Made by a program: the position numbers and the translations under genes. This document shows positions 26,748 through 36,914 of a DNA stretch of 64,000 bases, in pieces; position 1 is the stretch's first letter; the number at the start of each line of letters is the position of its first letter. The DNA is from Tubulanus polymorphus (Eukaryota; Animalia; Nemertea): positions 12,968,962-13,032,961 of the forward strand of contig NC_134034.1 in the NCBI RefSeq assembly GCF_964204645.1, written 5' to 3'. The notes beneath the pieces are model-generated. The model did no database searches. It was not told the DNA's origin and saw nothing but the letters and a program-made list of their open reading frames with translations.

Positions 26748-27418
26748 CACGGTGGAACTGAGCTAGTGGAGCTGAGTCCACGGTGGAACTGGAACATGGT
26801 GTGATTGGTGGAATGGGTGGAACTGGGTGCACGGTGGAACTGAGCTAGTGGAGCTGAGTCCACTGTTATGAAATGAGGATTTTACACTATAGTTTCATTG
26901 TCAGATGTATTTCTTATGATCATCAGTAAAATAACAATTGTAGTAGATACGGTGGAACTGGTAGAACTAGTGGAACTGGTAGAACTAGTGGAACTGACTC
27001 CACGGTGGAACTGGTAGAACTAGTGGAACTGGCTCCACGGTGGAACTGGTAGAACTAGTGGAACTGGTAGAACTAGTGGAACTGGTAGAACTAGTGGAAC
27101 TGGCTCCACGGTGGAACTGGTAGAACTAGTGGAACTGGTAGAACTAGTGGAACTGGCTCCACAGTGGAACTGGTAGAACTAGTGGAACTGGTAGAACTAG
27201 TGGAACTGGTAGAACTAGTGGAACTGGCTCCACAGTGGAACTGGTAGAACTAGTGGAACTGGCTCCACGGTGGAACTGGTAGAACTAGTGGAACTGGCTC
27301 CACGGTGGAACTGGTAGAACTAGTGGAACTGGCTCCACGGTGGAACTGGTAGAACTAGTGGAACTGGTAGAACTAGTGGAACTGGCTCCACGGTGGAACT
27401 GGTAGAACTAGTGGAACT
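26748..27418. repeat. gtggaactg-core minisatellites (gtggaactggtagaacta / gtggaactggctccacg)
   Basis: Blocks at 26748-26862 and 26950-27418. Confidence 0.92.
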
Positions 27419-27832
27419 TTATGAGTTCCCACGGTAGGGGTTCAACAGTTGAACTGTAGAATTGAGGATCGATACTTGTTTGTTATATTCAGTTTATAAC
27501 TGGTGACTCGTGATCCTAAACCATTAACAGATTGCGGGTATAGCTTCGATAAAACCTAATCGAGTGTTTAAAGTCAGCGCCGCAAAAAATAAGTCATCGT
27601 ATATTTCAAGTGCAAACAAATTAATTTTAGATCGAGGAATTTTATCAGGAAGTAGATTTTGATAAAGGTCGAATTAAACGAATTAGTTTGAACCAATCAT
27701 AGAAAGCACCTATCACTATTAACCTTACTGATAAACTGATAAGGATTACTATTATAGACTGGTATTACTGTGCGGTTGGGCTTGTATTTATCATTATGTT
27801 AAAGGATTTTATTGAATGAAATATTCAAAATC

Positions 27833-30800
27833 ATGGTTAAAGATAAGGTTAGTTTCATCCCTCAAATATAATTAATATTAATATCTATCATTATGATAAG
27901 CGTTATTATCATAATGACTATGATAATTCATATAACGCCTGAATGTTCTCTAACCTAAATCAGTTCCTTCTATTTGTGTCGTCAGACTTCACGTTCCGTG
28001 CTACCAACGCCATCTATCGATCAGACTTCACTTTCCGTACTACCAGCGACACCTAACGATCAGGATTCACGCCCCGTGTTACCAACGCCACCTAGCGACC
28101 AGTCGGATACACTAACTAATGAGAATGATACACAAATACACATCATATACCAACCGAAAGAGGGCGCTGATGTACGAGGCGCCAGTGATGCGCACGCACC
28201 GACAGCTGATGATAATGACGATGAAACTGACGATGAGATTCTCGACTACAGCGCCACCGGGTGTCAGAAACCCGTAACACACATCAGCAATTATATCAGA
28301 CAGTTTTACGAGGCAAACAGGAATTCGATATGGCGGATATTCTACGCGATTCTATTGGCTGGTTACGCTGTTTATTTCGGGTTCGCGATGGACTATAGTT
28401 TCGGAGATGGTCCATCCGTCTGTTTACTGGTTTTAACCCTACTTGTAATTATCGGTTACGCGATTGTTTTGATTCACAGAAAGTTCGGCGATAAAATCGT
28501 CGCATTTTTTGATCCGTTCGAATTTTTCATACTCTCCTATTACACGTTCCTCAGAAGGTACAAAAACAACTCGAAATATTTGTTATTTCACAGCGAATTC
28601 CGAACCAAAACTCATATAGATAAGCGGTTTATATTTCAGAGGTTTTATAGTGTTAGTTGTTATCGGCGTGATACTTGTGCTAGTGTTCGAGGTCGGTTTG
28701 AAAAATCCACGAAATCTCATATCGCTGTCCGGTGTCGCCGTCTATATTACACTTTTCTACATATTTTCCAAACATCCGGCTCGGGTAAGTATAAAATAAA
28801 GACAAGACAACTAACTTGACATTTTTATATTGAAAAATAACACATATACCGTTCAATATTGTCGACATCGATAATTGAATTGAATTGACCAGTCTAGCCC
28901 GGATATATTGATGACGTAGTACACATCTTCCAAAAAATAATTATTGAAATTTATCGAAAATGAAATAATATTAATGAAATGTATCTGAAACAAAGCCCAA
29001 AATTCACGTTTGTAATCGTTAGTTTGAACCGTCAATATTGATGACGTAGTGCACATCGACTCACACAGAACCCCTTGAATAAAGCATACTAGGTATCGAC
29101 GTGTATAAACATTATTGTAACGGTTTTTACGGCGTAAAAATCCATTTCATTCCTAGGTGAAATTCCCAACTAAATAAACATGTTTTATTTCTTCTGGTAG
29201 GTGAAATGGCGTCCAGTATTTTGGGGTTTAGGTTTACAGTTTATATTCGCTCTGCTGATACTGCGCACTGTTTGGGGATATGCCGCGTTTGATTGGGCCG
29301 GTAAACGAGTTTCCGAATTCCTCGCGCATGCCGACGCCGGTGCCGAATTCGTTTTTGGCGAGGCTTACATAGATCATCCGTTTGCCTTCAAGGTATGTTT
29401 TCAGTTATGTTTTTTTTTTGTGTAGAAAGAATCCCACGATAATAACAAAAAACAGCCCGAAAGTGTTATTTTAAGCTAAATTTAGTATTTAATTCAACGT
29501 TTCGACTATATCCTAATAGTCATCTTCAGGAATACTGTATTCCTTGAGCTAGTGTAGTTTATTCAACTTTTCGACTATATCCTAATAGTCATCTTCAGGA
29601 ATACTGTATTCCTTGAGCTAGTGTAGTTTATTCAACGTTTCCACTATATCCTAATAGTCATCTTCAGGAATACTGTATTCCTTGAGATAGTGTAGTTTAT
29701 TCGACGTTTCGACTTTATCCTAATAGTCATCTTCAGGAATACTGTATTCCTTGAGCTAGTGTAGCTTATTCGACGTTTCGACTATATCCTAATAGTCATC
29801 TTCAGGAATACTGTATTCCTTGAGCTAGTGTAGTTTATTTCAACGTTTCGACTATATCCTAATAGTCATCTTCAGGAATACTGTATTCCTTGAGCTAGTG
29901 TAGTTTATTCAACGTTTCGGCGATATCCTAATAGTCATCTTCGGGAATACTGTATTCCTTGAGCTAGTGTAGCTTATTCGACGTTTCGACTATATCCTAA
30001 TAGTCATCTTCAGGAATACTGTATTCCTTGAGCTAGTGTAGCTTATTCGACGTTTCGACTATATCCTAATAGTCATCTTCAGGAATACTGTATTCCTTGA
30101 GCTAGTGTAGTTTATTTCAACGTTTCGACTATATCCTAATAGTCATCTTCAGGAATACTGTATTCCTTGAGCTAGTGTAGTTTATTAGACGTTTCGACTA
30201 TATCCTAATAGTCATCTTCAGGAATACTGTATTCCTTGAGCTAGTGTAGTTTATTTCAACGTTTCGACTATATCCTAATAGTCATCTTCAGGAATACTGT
30301 ATTCCTTGAGCTAGTGTAGTTTATTAGACGTTTCGACTATATCCTAATAGTCATCTTCAGGAATACTGTATTCCTTGAGCTAGTGTAGTTTATTTCAACG
30401 TTTCGACTATATCCTAATAGTCATCTTCAGGAATACTGTATTCCTTGAGCTAGTGTAGTTTATTCAACGTTTCGACTATATCCTAATAGTCATCTTCAGG
30501 AATACTGTATTCCTTGAGCTAGTGTAGTTTATTCAACTTTTCGACTATATCCTAATAGTCATCTTCAGGAATACTGTATTCCTTGAGCTAGTGTAGTTTA
30601 TTCAACGTTTCGACTATTTATCCTAATAGTCATCTTCAGGAATATTGTATTCCTTGAGCTAGTGTAGTTTATTCAACGTTTCGACTATATCCTAATAGTC
30701 ATCTTGAGGAATACTGTATTCCTTGAGCTAGTGTAGTTTATTCAACGTTTCGACTATATCCTAATAGTCATCTTCAGGAATACTGTATTCCTTGAGATAG

Positions 30801-33800
30801 TGTAGTTTATTCAACGTTTCGACTATATCCTAATAGTCATCTTGAGGAATACTGTATTCCTTGAGCTAGTGTAGTTTATTCAACGTTTCGACTATTTATC
30901 CTAATAGTCATCTCCAGGAATACTGTATTCCTTGAGCTAGTGTAGTTTATTCAACGTTTCGACTATTTATCCTAATAGTCATCTCCAGGAATAGTGGAAC
31001 TTCTTGCTTCAGTTACATTTTCGAACTGTTTTTCGTTATTATTGTGGGATTCTCTCTACGTCGCTTCAACACGGATATTGTGTTTTATCAATCGTGATTA
31101 TGTTTTCTTGGTTGTTCCGCTTACAAAACTCTACTGTTTATATCTTATATATCTTATCAAATATCAGATTAATACTTTTGTACGGTCACATTTTAAAAAT
31201 AATCTTGAAATGATTTGATTATTTTTATGAATTGAAGTTTATTTAAACACGAAAGAACAGTACAGGGCATAATACATTACGCAAATATGAATTAGTCATT
31301 AATGTACAAAAACGTGTCGAGTAATTGTCCCAAGCCAAACAAGGCTGAACTCAGAGAGGGGATGAACCCTGAAAACTGATAATGAAAATAAAAATAGATT
31401 ATGAAATATACATGTAATAATTCTGATAAATGAGATCCTTACAATAATGATGGTGTCAGTGATTGTTTTCATTTATTACAGGTACTACCAGTGATAGTAT
31501 TGTATTTATTTATTACAGGTACTACCAGTAATAGTATTGTATTTATTTATTACAGGTACTACCAGTAATAGTATTGTATTTATTTATTACAGGTACTACC
31601 AGTGATAGTATTGTATTTATTTATTACAGGTACTACCAGTGATAGTATTGTATTTATTTATTACAGGTACTACCAGTAATAGTATTGTATTTATTTATTA
31701 CAGGTACTACCAGTAATAGTATTGTATTTATTTATTACAGGTTCTACCAGTGATAGTATTGTATTTATTTATTACAGGTACTACCAGTAATAGTATTGTA
31801 TTTATTTATTACAGGTACTACCAGTGATAGTATTGTATTTATTTATTACAGGTACTACCAGTAATAGTATTGTATTTATTTATTACAGGTACTACCAGTG
31901 ATAGTATTGTATTTATTTATTACAGGTACTACCAGTGATAGTATTTTTCAGCGCTACTGTATCCGTGCTAACGTATATCGGTATAATGCAGATAGTTGTA
32001 CAGAAAATCGCCTGGTTCATGCAGAAAGTGATGGGTACAACTGCTGCCGAATCCGTTAACGCCGCCGCTAATATATTCATCAGTCAGGTAAGAGGCCAGC
32101 TGATTGGTTAGTCGATCGAATACAGGCCGTTGATTGGTCGATTCGAGGTCGATTTATTCAAATGAGCTGAAATTCAACAAACAATGCGATAATGAAACAC
32201 GTTTCTAGGTGGTTCTAGATGGTTCGTGTGTTTTTTTTTGCAGAGTGAAGCGCCGTTGATGATTCGCCCTCTAATTCCTCACATGACTCGATCTGAACTG
32301 CATTCAGTCTGTACCGGTGGCTTCGCGACAGTTGCCGGAAGTGTCATGGCCGCTTATATCGAATTCGGGGTAAATAATACCGGTCCGACAGTCTCGTTTC
32401 GGCTAGAATTCAAAATCAGTAAAATTGCCTCAATTCAGACTCGTAGACTCACCGTAGAATTGAGAGTCCATTCTGACGTGCTTTATCAATTCGGCGATTT
32501 TGTAAATTCGCATATTTGTTTTTTTTTTCTAGGTACCTGCTAATCATTTGTTGAGCGCATCTGTAATGTCAGCGCCAGCTGCACTCGCCATGTCGAAACT
32601 ATTCTGGCCGGAAACAAGAACATCCAAAACGACGACTGATCACGTGAGGAATATGGAAAAACCGTAACTATCTTTGAAACTACAATTACAAATACAAATA
32701 CAAATACAAACAGTCTTTATTGAACTTCATAATCACCATAGGAATGATGATAACGATGATGAAGACATTACAAACAGATTTGAAATTTGCAATAGTCGGA
32801 TATGATAATCATGCATTTAGCCATCGCATGCACAGCTTCCAGTGAGTTGAGCACAGGTTCAGAGTCTGGCTTCACGAGGAGTAATAACTAAATTATTTAT
32901 CGGTGGATACGCACAGAGAGGGAGCGGGAAGGGAATCTGGGACGTAGGGAGTCAGTCAAACTAATCACTTCAATGTTGTAATCTTCTTTCCAGGAAAGAG
33001 GGTAATATTTTAGAAGCTGCATCAAACGGTGCCTCGGCCTCTATCAAACTGGTAGCCGGAGTCGCTGTGAATCTAATCGCGTTTATTTCAATACTTCACT
33101 TTATAAACTCCAGTCTGATGTGGCTCGGAGCTCGAGTTGGATACCCTTATCTTACATTCGAGGTAACATCGCATCGATTCTTTGCAACCCGGCGCACTAA
33201 CTATTTGTAAACTTTCAAAAACTGATCGTCCACACTAAACTAATCTGTTAACTCAGTTTGTCCCTCACAGATCCGCACCTATAATACTATTCTCTCCTCA
33301 AATGATCTGCTCCTAGATTCTTATTCTCTTCCGCTTCCAGATGATCTGCTCCTAGATTCTTATTCTCTTCCGCTTCCAGATGATCTGCTCCTATGTTTTG
33401 TGGCCGTTCTCGTTTGTAATGGGTGTGGATATGAGCGACTGTCGCGCCGTCGCGGGACTTATCGGAATTAAAGTGTCGATCAACGAGTTCGTAGGTTACG
33501 CAGCCCTATCGACGCTTATAGAAAACAGAAAAACGTTTCAAAAATACATCGCAGCTACCGGAAACGGAAGCGTTGTGTATCATAACGATGACGTCATATT
33601 GGAAAGTTGGAACAAAACGCTGATTGGGGGTTTCATGACGGTAAGCCTCAGAACCATAGATTGAACCCTAGAACCATTGAGAACCATTGAGAACCGTTGA
33701 GAACCATATAACTCATAGAACTCGAGCGTCATTGAATCCAGGAACCTGAGAATCCTAGAACCCTGGAATCAAACAACCATAGAACTCATAAAATTCGAGA

Positions 33801-34983
33801 ACCATAGAATCCCAGAACCTGAGAATCCTAGAACCCTGGAATCAAAGGATCATAGAACTCACAGATTTCGAGTACCATAGAATCCCAGCATGGAACTCAT
33901 GAAACTCAAGAACCATAGAATCCTAGAACCTGACAATCTTAAGGACCCGAGAACCATCTTTAAGTCCTAGAATCCTAGAACCCTATAGAACTTATATTAT
34001 ACTAAGCTACCCTGACACTAAGGTTCTTAATGAATCCTATCCGATTTTTCTATAAAAGATCTGCTTCCAGTCCTGTTTGCCACCATCATTAGCACTATCT
34101 CTCTACCCACTTGCCCTTAACACCAGAGGACGCTCCTGATCGTAGAAATTGAGATCTCGCGAATAAACTCATGCTCCGTTTCTGTTTACAGGTTCGTTCT
34201 GAAACGATAGCCACGTACGCTCTGTGCGGGTTCAGTAATTTCGGCTCTATAGGGGTGATGTTAGGAGCTCTAGGAGCGATGGCTCCTAACCGCAGACAGG
34301 ATATATCACGTGTCGTACTGAGAGCTATGATAGCTGGTAATGTTGCCTGTTTTATGACTGCCTGTATCGCGGGTGAGTTCTCAGCTCCCATCTGCACCCA
34401 TTCCCACTGTGCGCCCCACTCCCCCTGTCCACCCCAGTGTGTCTTACGCACCTACTCCCCCTGTGCGCCCCACTCCCCCTGTGCGCCCCTCTCCCCCTGG
34501 GGCCAGTTGCACAGTCGTGACTTAAGTCCAAAAGTGGTCTTAAATCTTAAGACTGGTCTCAAGTTGTTAGATCGGCTATAGAACTAAGTTGGTCTTAGAC
34601 TGGTCTTAAGTCTAAGCCATGACTATGCAACTGGCCCCTGGTCGCGAGTCTTGCTTGGGGGTTAGGGTCGATGGTCTAAAAATGTTAACATACGTAACTG
34701 ATGAACGGCAGGTCGCGTGTTCGAATCCCGTAAGTGTTAGGGTGGTCACCCGTCTAATCTTTTGGGCTAATTCTGGCTCGGTTTGACATGTGGTTGGGCC
34801 TGATTTTGGATGTCTGTTGAAAAGTTCAACCTTCAGTCTTCAGTTCTCTGAACCCTCTTATTCCTCCTCAGACCTCATCACGCGAGACGAGTTCATTCGA
34901 AATATTAAATTCCTTTCTTTTTTTCAGGATTATTATTCGACTCTGATATCGACAATATGAACGAAGCGCATGGTTTAGCGTAG
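27833..34983 (+). CDS. SLC28A3: Concentrative nucleoside transporter (SLC28/CNT family, SLC28A3-like)
   Basis: Phase-compatible exons 27833-27847, 27986-28557, 28640-28784, 29201-29392, 31926-32087, 32244-32369, 32533-32663, 32994-33162, 33380-33640, 34192-34372, 34928-34983. Motifs WRPVFWGLGLQF, FAFKVLPVIVFFS, ESVNAAANIF, GGFATVAGSV, SVMSAPAAL, NEFVGY, YALCGFSNFGS. The first exon is less certain. Confidence 0.92.
29492..30992 (-). ncRNA. Tandem array of 22 minimal type I hammerhead ribozymes (69-bp unit), antisense in CNT intron 4
   Basis: Minus-strand unit: stem I UAUUC, core CUGAAGA, U, stem II GACUA-UUAGGAUA-UAGUC, GAAA, CG, UU or UC cleavage site, stem I partner GAAUA. About 14 of 22 copies keep the core and the ACGU palindrome intact. 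Confidence 0.85.
31471..31944 (+). repeat. 37-bp tandem repeat made of the CNT exon-5 splice acceptor plus the first exon bases (13 AG acceptors)
   Basis: tatttatttattacag|GTACTACCAGTGATAGTA repeated; acceptor G at 31481 + 37n up to 31925. Confidence 0.95.
33302..33394 (+). repeat. 39-bp tandem duplication of the CNT exon-9 acceptor and exon start
   Basis: ATGATCTGCTCCTA at 33302, 33341 and 33380 (true exon start). Confidence 0.9.
33648..33990. repeat. Degenerate agaacc(at/ct) low-complexity repeat
   Basis: Intronic, many gaaccatagaa/gaaccctgg units. Confidence 0.7.
34497..34640. mobile_element. MITE with TIRs ctggggccagttgcacagtcgtg / catgactatgcaactggcccctg
   Basis: Terminal inverted repeats around a palindromic cttaagact-rich body. 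Confidence 0.75.
34660..34760 (+). mobile_element. Possible degenerate tRNA-derived SINE head
   Basis: A-box-like gatggtctaa and B-box gttcgaatcc; no clean cloverleaf. Confidence 0.35.
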
Positions 34984-35460
34984 TTCAGGTCCATGAAAAC
35001 CCTTCATAATCCTCTCTGAGTAACACTGAGTTCAACCCACAGATATACAGTGACAATTTATGTTTAATTTCGCGAGTTTTTAAACGAACTTCAAACTTTT
35101 TTCCAATTTCTCTACGTTATCTTTATTACTTGATAATAATGCGCTATCAATCCATAAAATCTATCTTAATAGTATGCGATGATAATCTATGTAAATATTG
35201 TAAATAAAATAATATATCAGATCAATTTATTGTAAAATCGGTTGTTTTTAACCCAGTTCGTGGATTATACTGCCTCAAGAATAGTCGTTTGGATGATATT
35301 TCAAGTATTTTTTTGGACGGTAACATTCCCACGGTTTTGTTAGTCTCTCGGTGACATCAGCGACACTGTGTAATATTCAGACACTAAACACATTGCCTGA
35401 AGACTACAACCCGTTCGGTCGACTTCTATCCGGTGAGAGTTCCGTTTTTAGTCTAATTTC

Positions 35461-35825
35461 GTTGCCAACTTGTTGGAGTGGGCAGTTAAGATTTGTACCA
35501 ACTTGTTGGAGTAGGTAGTGAAAATTTGTACTAACTAGTTGGAGTGGGTAGTGAAGATTTTGCGCCAACTAGTTGTAGTGGGTACTGAAAATTTTGCGCC
35601 AACTAGTTGGAGTGGGCAGTAAAGATTTGTGCCAACTAGTTGTAGTGGGTAGTGAAGATTTGTGCCAACTAGTTGGAGTGGGCAGTTGGAGTTGGATTTG
35701 CGCCAACTAGTTGGATTGGGCAGTGAAGGTTTTGCGCCCACTAGTTGGAGTGGACAGTGACGATTCGTGCCAACTAGTTGGAGTGGGCGGTGACGATTTG
35801 TGCCAACTAGTGAGGTTGGGCAGGA
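35461..35825. repeat. ~35-bp minisatellite (ccaactagttggagtgggcagtgaagatttgtg)
   Basis: About 10 copies, with the caactagttg palindrome. Confidence 0.9.
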
Positions 35826-36914
35826 GATTTTGTGTCAAGTAATGGCCAAAAGGTTTATGGCAAGTCCAGGCAAATTATAGTCTAGACAGAGGGCCCGAAG
35901 CATGACACATGTTAGTTTGCTTGTTATATTATATACGGGCGAATGCTGTACAATTAATTCATTTTATTATCGTTAGTTTCGAGATCCGTCAGGCTGTTAC
36001 ACTTAATGTATGATAGTAAGCTTGCGTCATTGTTACATGATCAATTGCTTGTCGTATGACTCAAAAATCACCCGGCTTATTTCTCATTGTCCTATGAGGT
36101 TTCTACAGGTTTCTACCTCGGGTCTCTAATATCTGTTTGGCTCGGGTTTATGAGAATTTCCGCGTCCGCTCGTAGGGTGACTAGTAGACTCTATTCACGC
36201 TAGTTACGGTCGGGGGCTTCCCGCCCCATGGTTATATTTTCTACCAATTGACGCAATTTTTAACGTTTATTTCTATTACTTACTAATTTGTTTTGGGTTC
36301 TACCCGGTTGGATTTTTGCCCCAGGGATGAACTTGTACTGTTGTAGATTAATGATTTTGAGACCTGTTTTTGGATATCTAGCACTTACATACACTAGTCT
36401 TCTTCTCACGATTTTATGAGTTTTGGGAGAAGTGTTTACTGCTAAACCTTTTATCTTAGATAAACCTACTTATCCTCTCATCCCCTTTTCGGTAATGAGT
36501 TCTGGGAATAGAAGAGGGGAATGAGAAGGATAGATAGTCGATCATTTAAGTCCCTACATATCCCATTGGAAAGCGCAGGTCATTTCCTCACAATACTCTC
36601 CAGTTGACGAGGATGCGTTGCAGGAGTTGGTGTCACTGGGGAACCGGATAGTTTCTCAGTGACATCAGCGACACCGGTGTAATAATCTGTCACTAGACGC
36701 TACGCCTGAAGACCCCGGCGAGTCCGTATTGTAGACGGGCCTCACGTTTCCCCTCTGGTGTTCGCTTCTTTCAGCACCCTACCCCCTATCTCAATCTGTC
36801 TCGCATCCATGTACTATGTATCGGCGATAAGTCATTTCCTCCTTATGTTCTATAGTGGGCGAGTATACTAACGCAGGAGTAGTTGATGTCACTGGGGTAA
36901 CGGATAGTTTCGAT

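Noticed and set aside
29492-30992. CRISPR array or integron attC-like interpretation of the 69-bp repeat
   Set aside because: No unique spacers, no cas or integrase genes, and a eukaryotic intron context; the hammerhead consensus explains the internal palindromes.
34660-34740. Functional tRNA gene (also near 46000 and 22885)
   Set aside because: Only B-box-like GTTCGA(A/G)(T/C)CC motifs; no complete cloverleaf.
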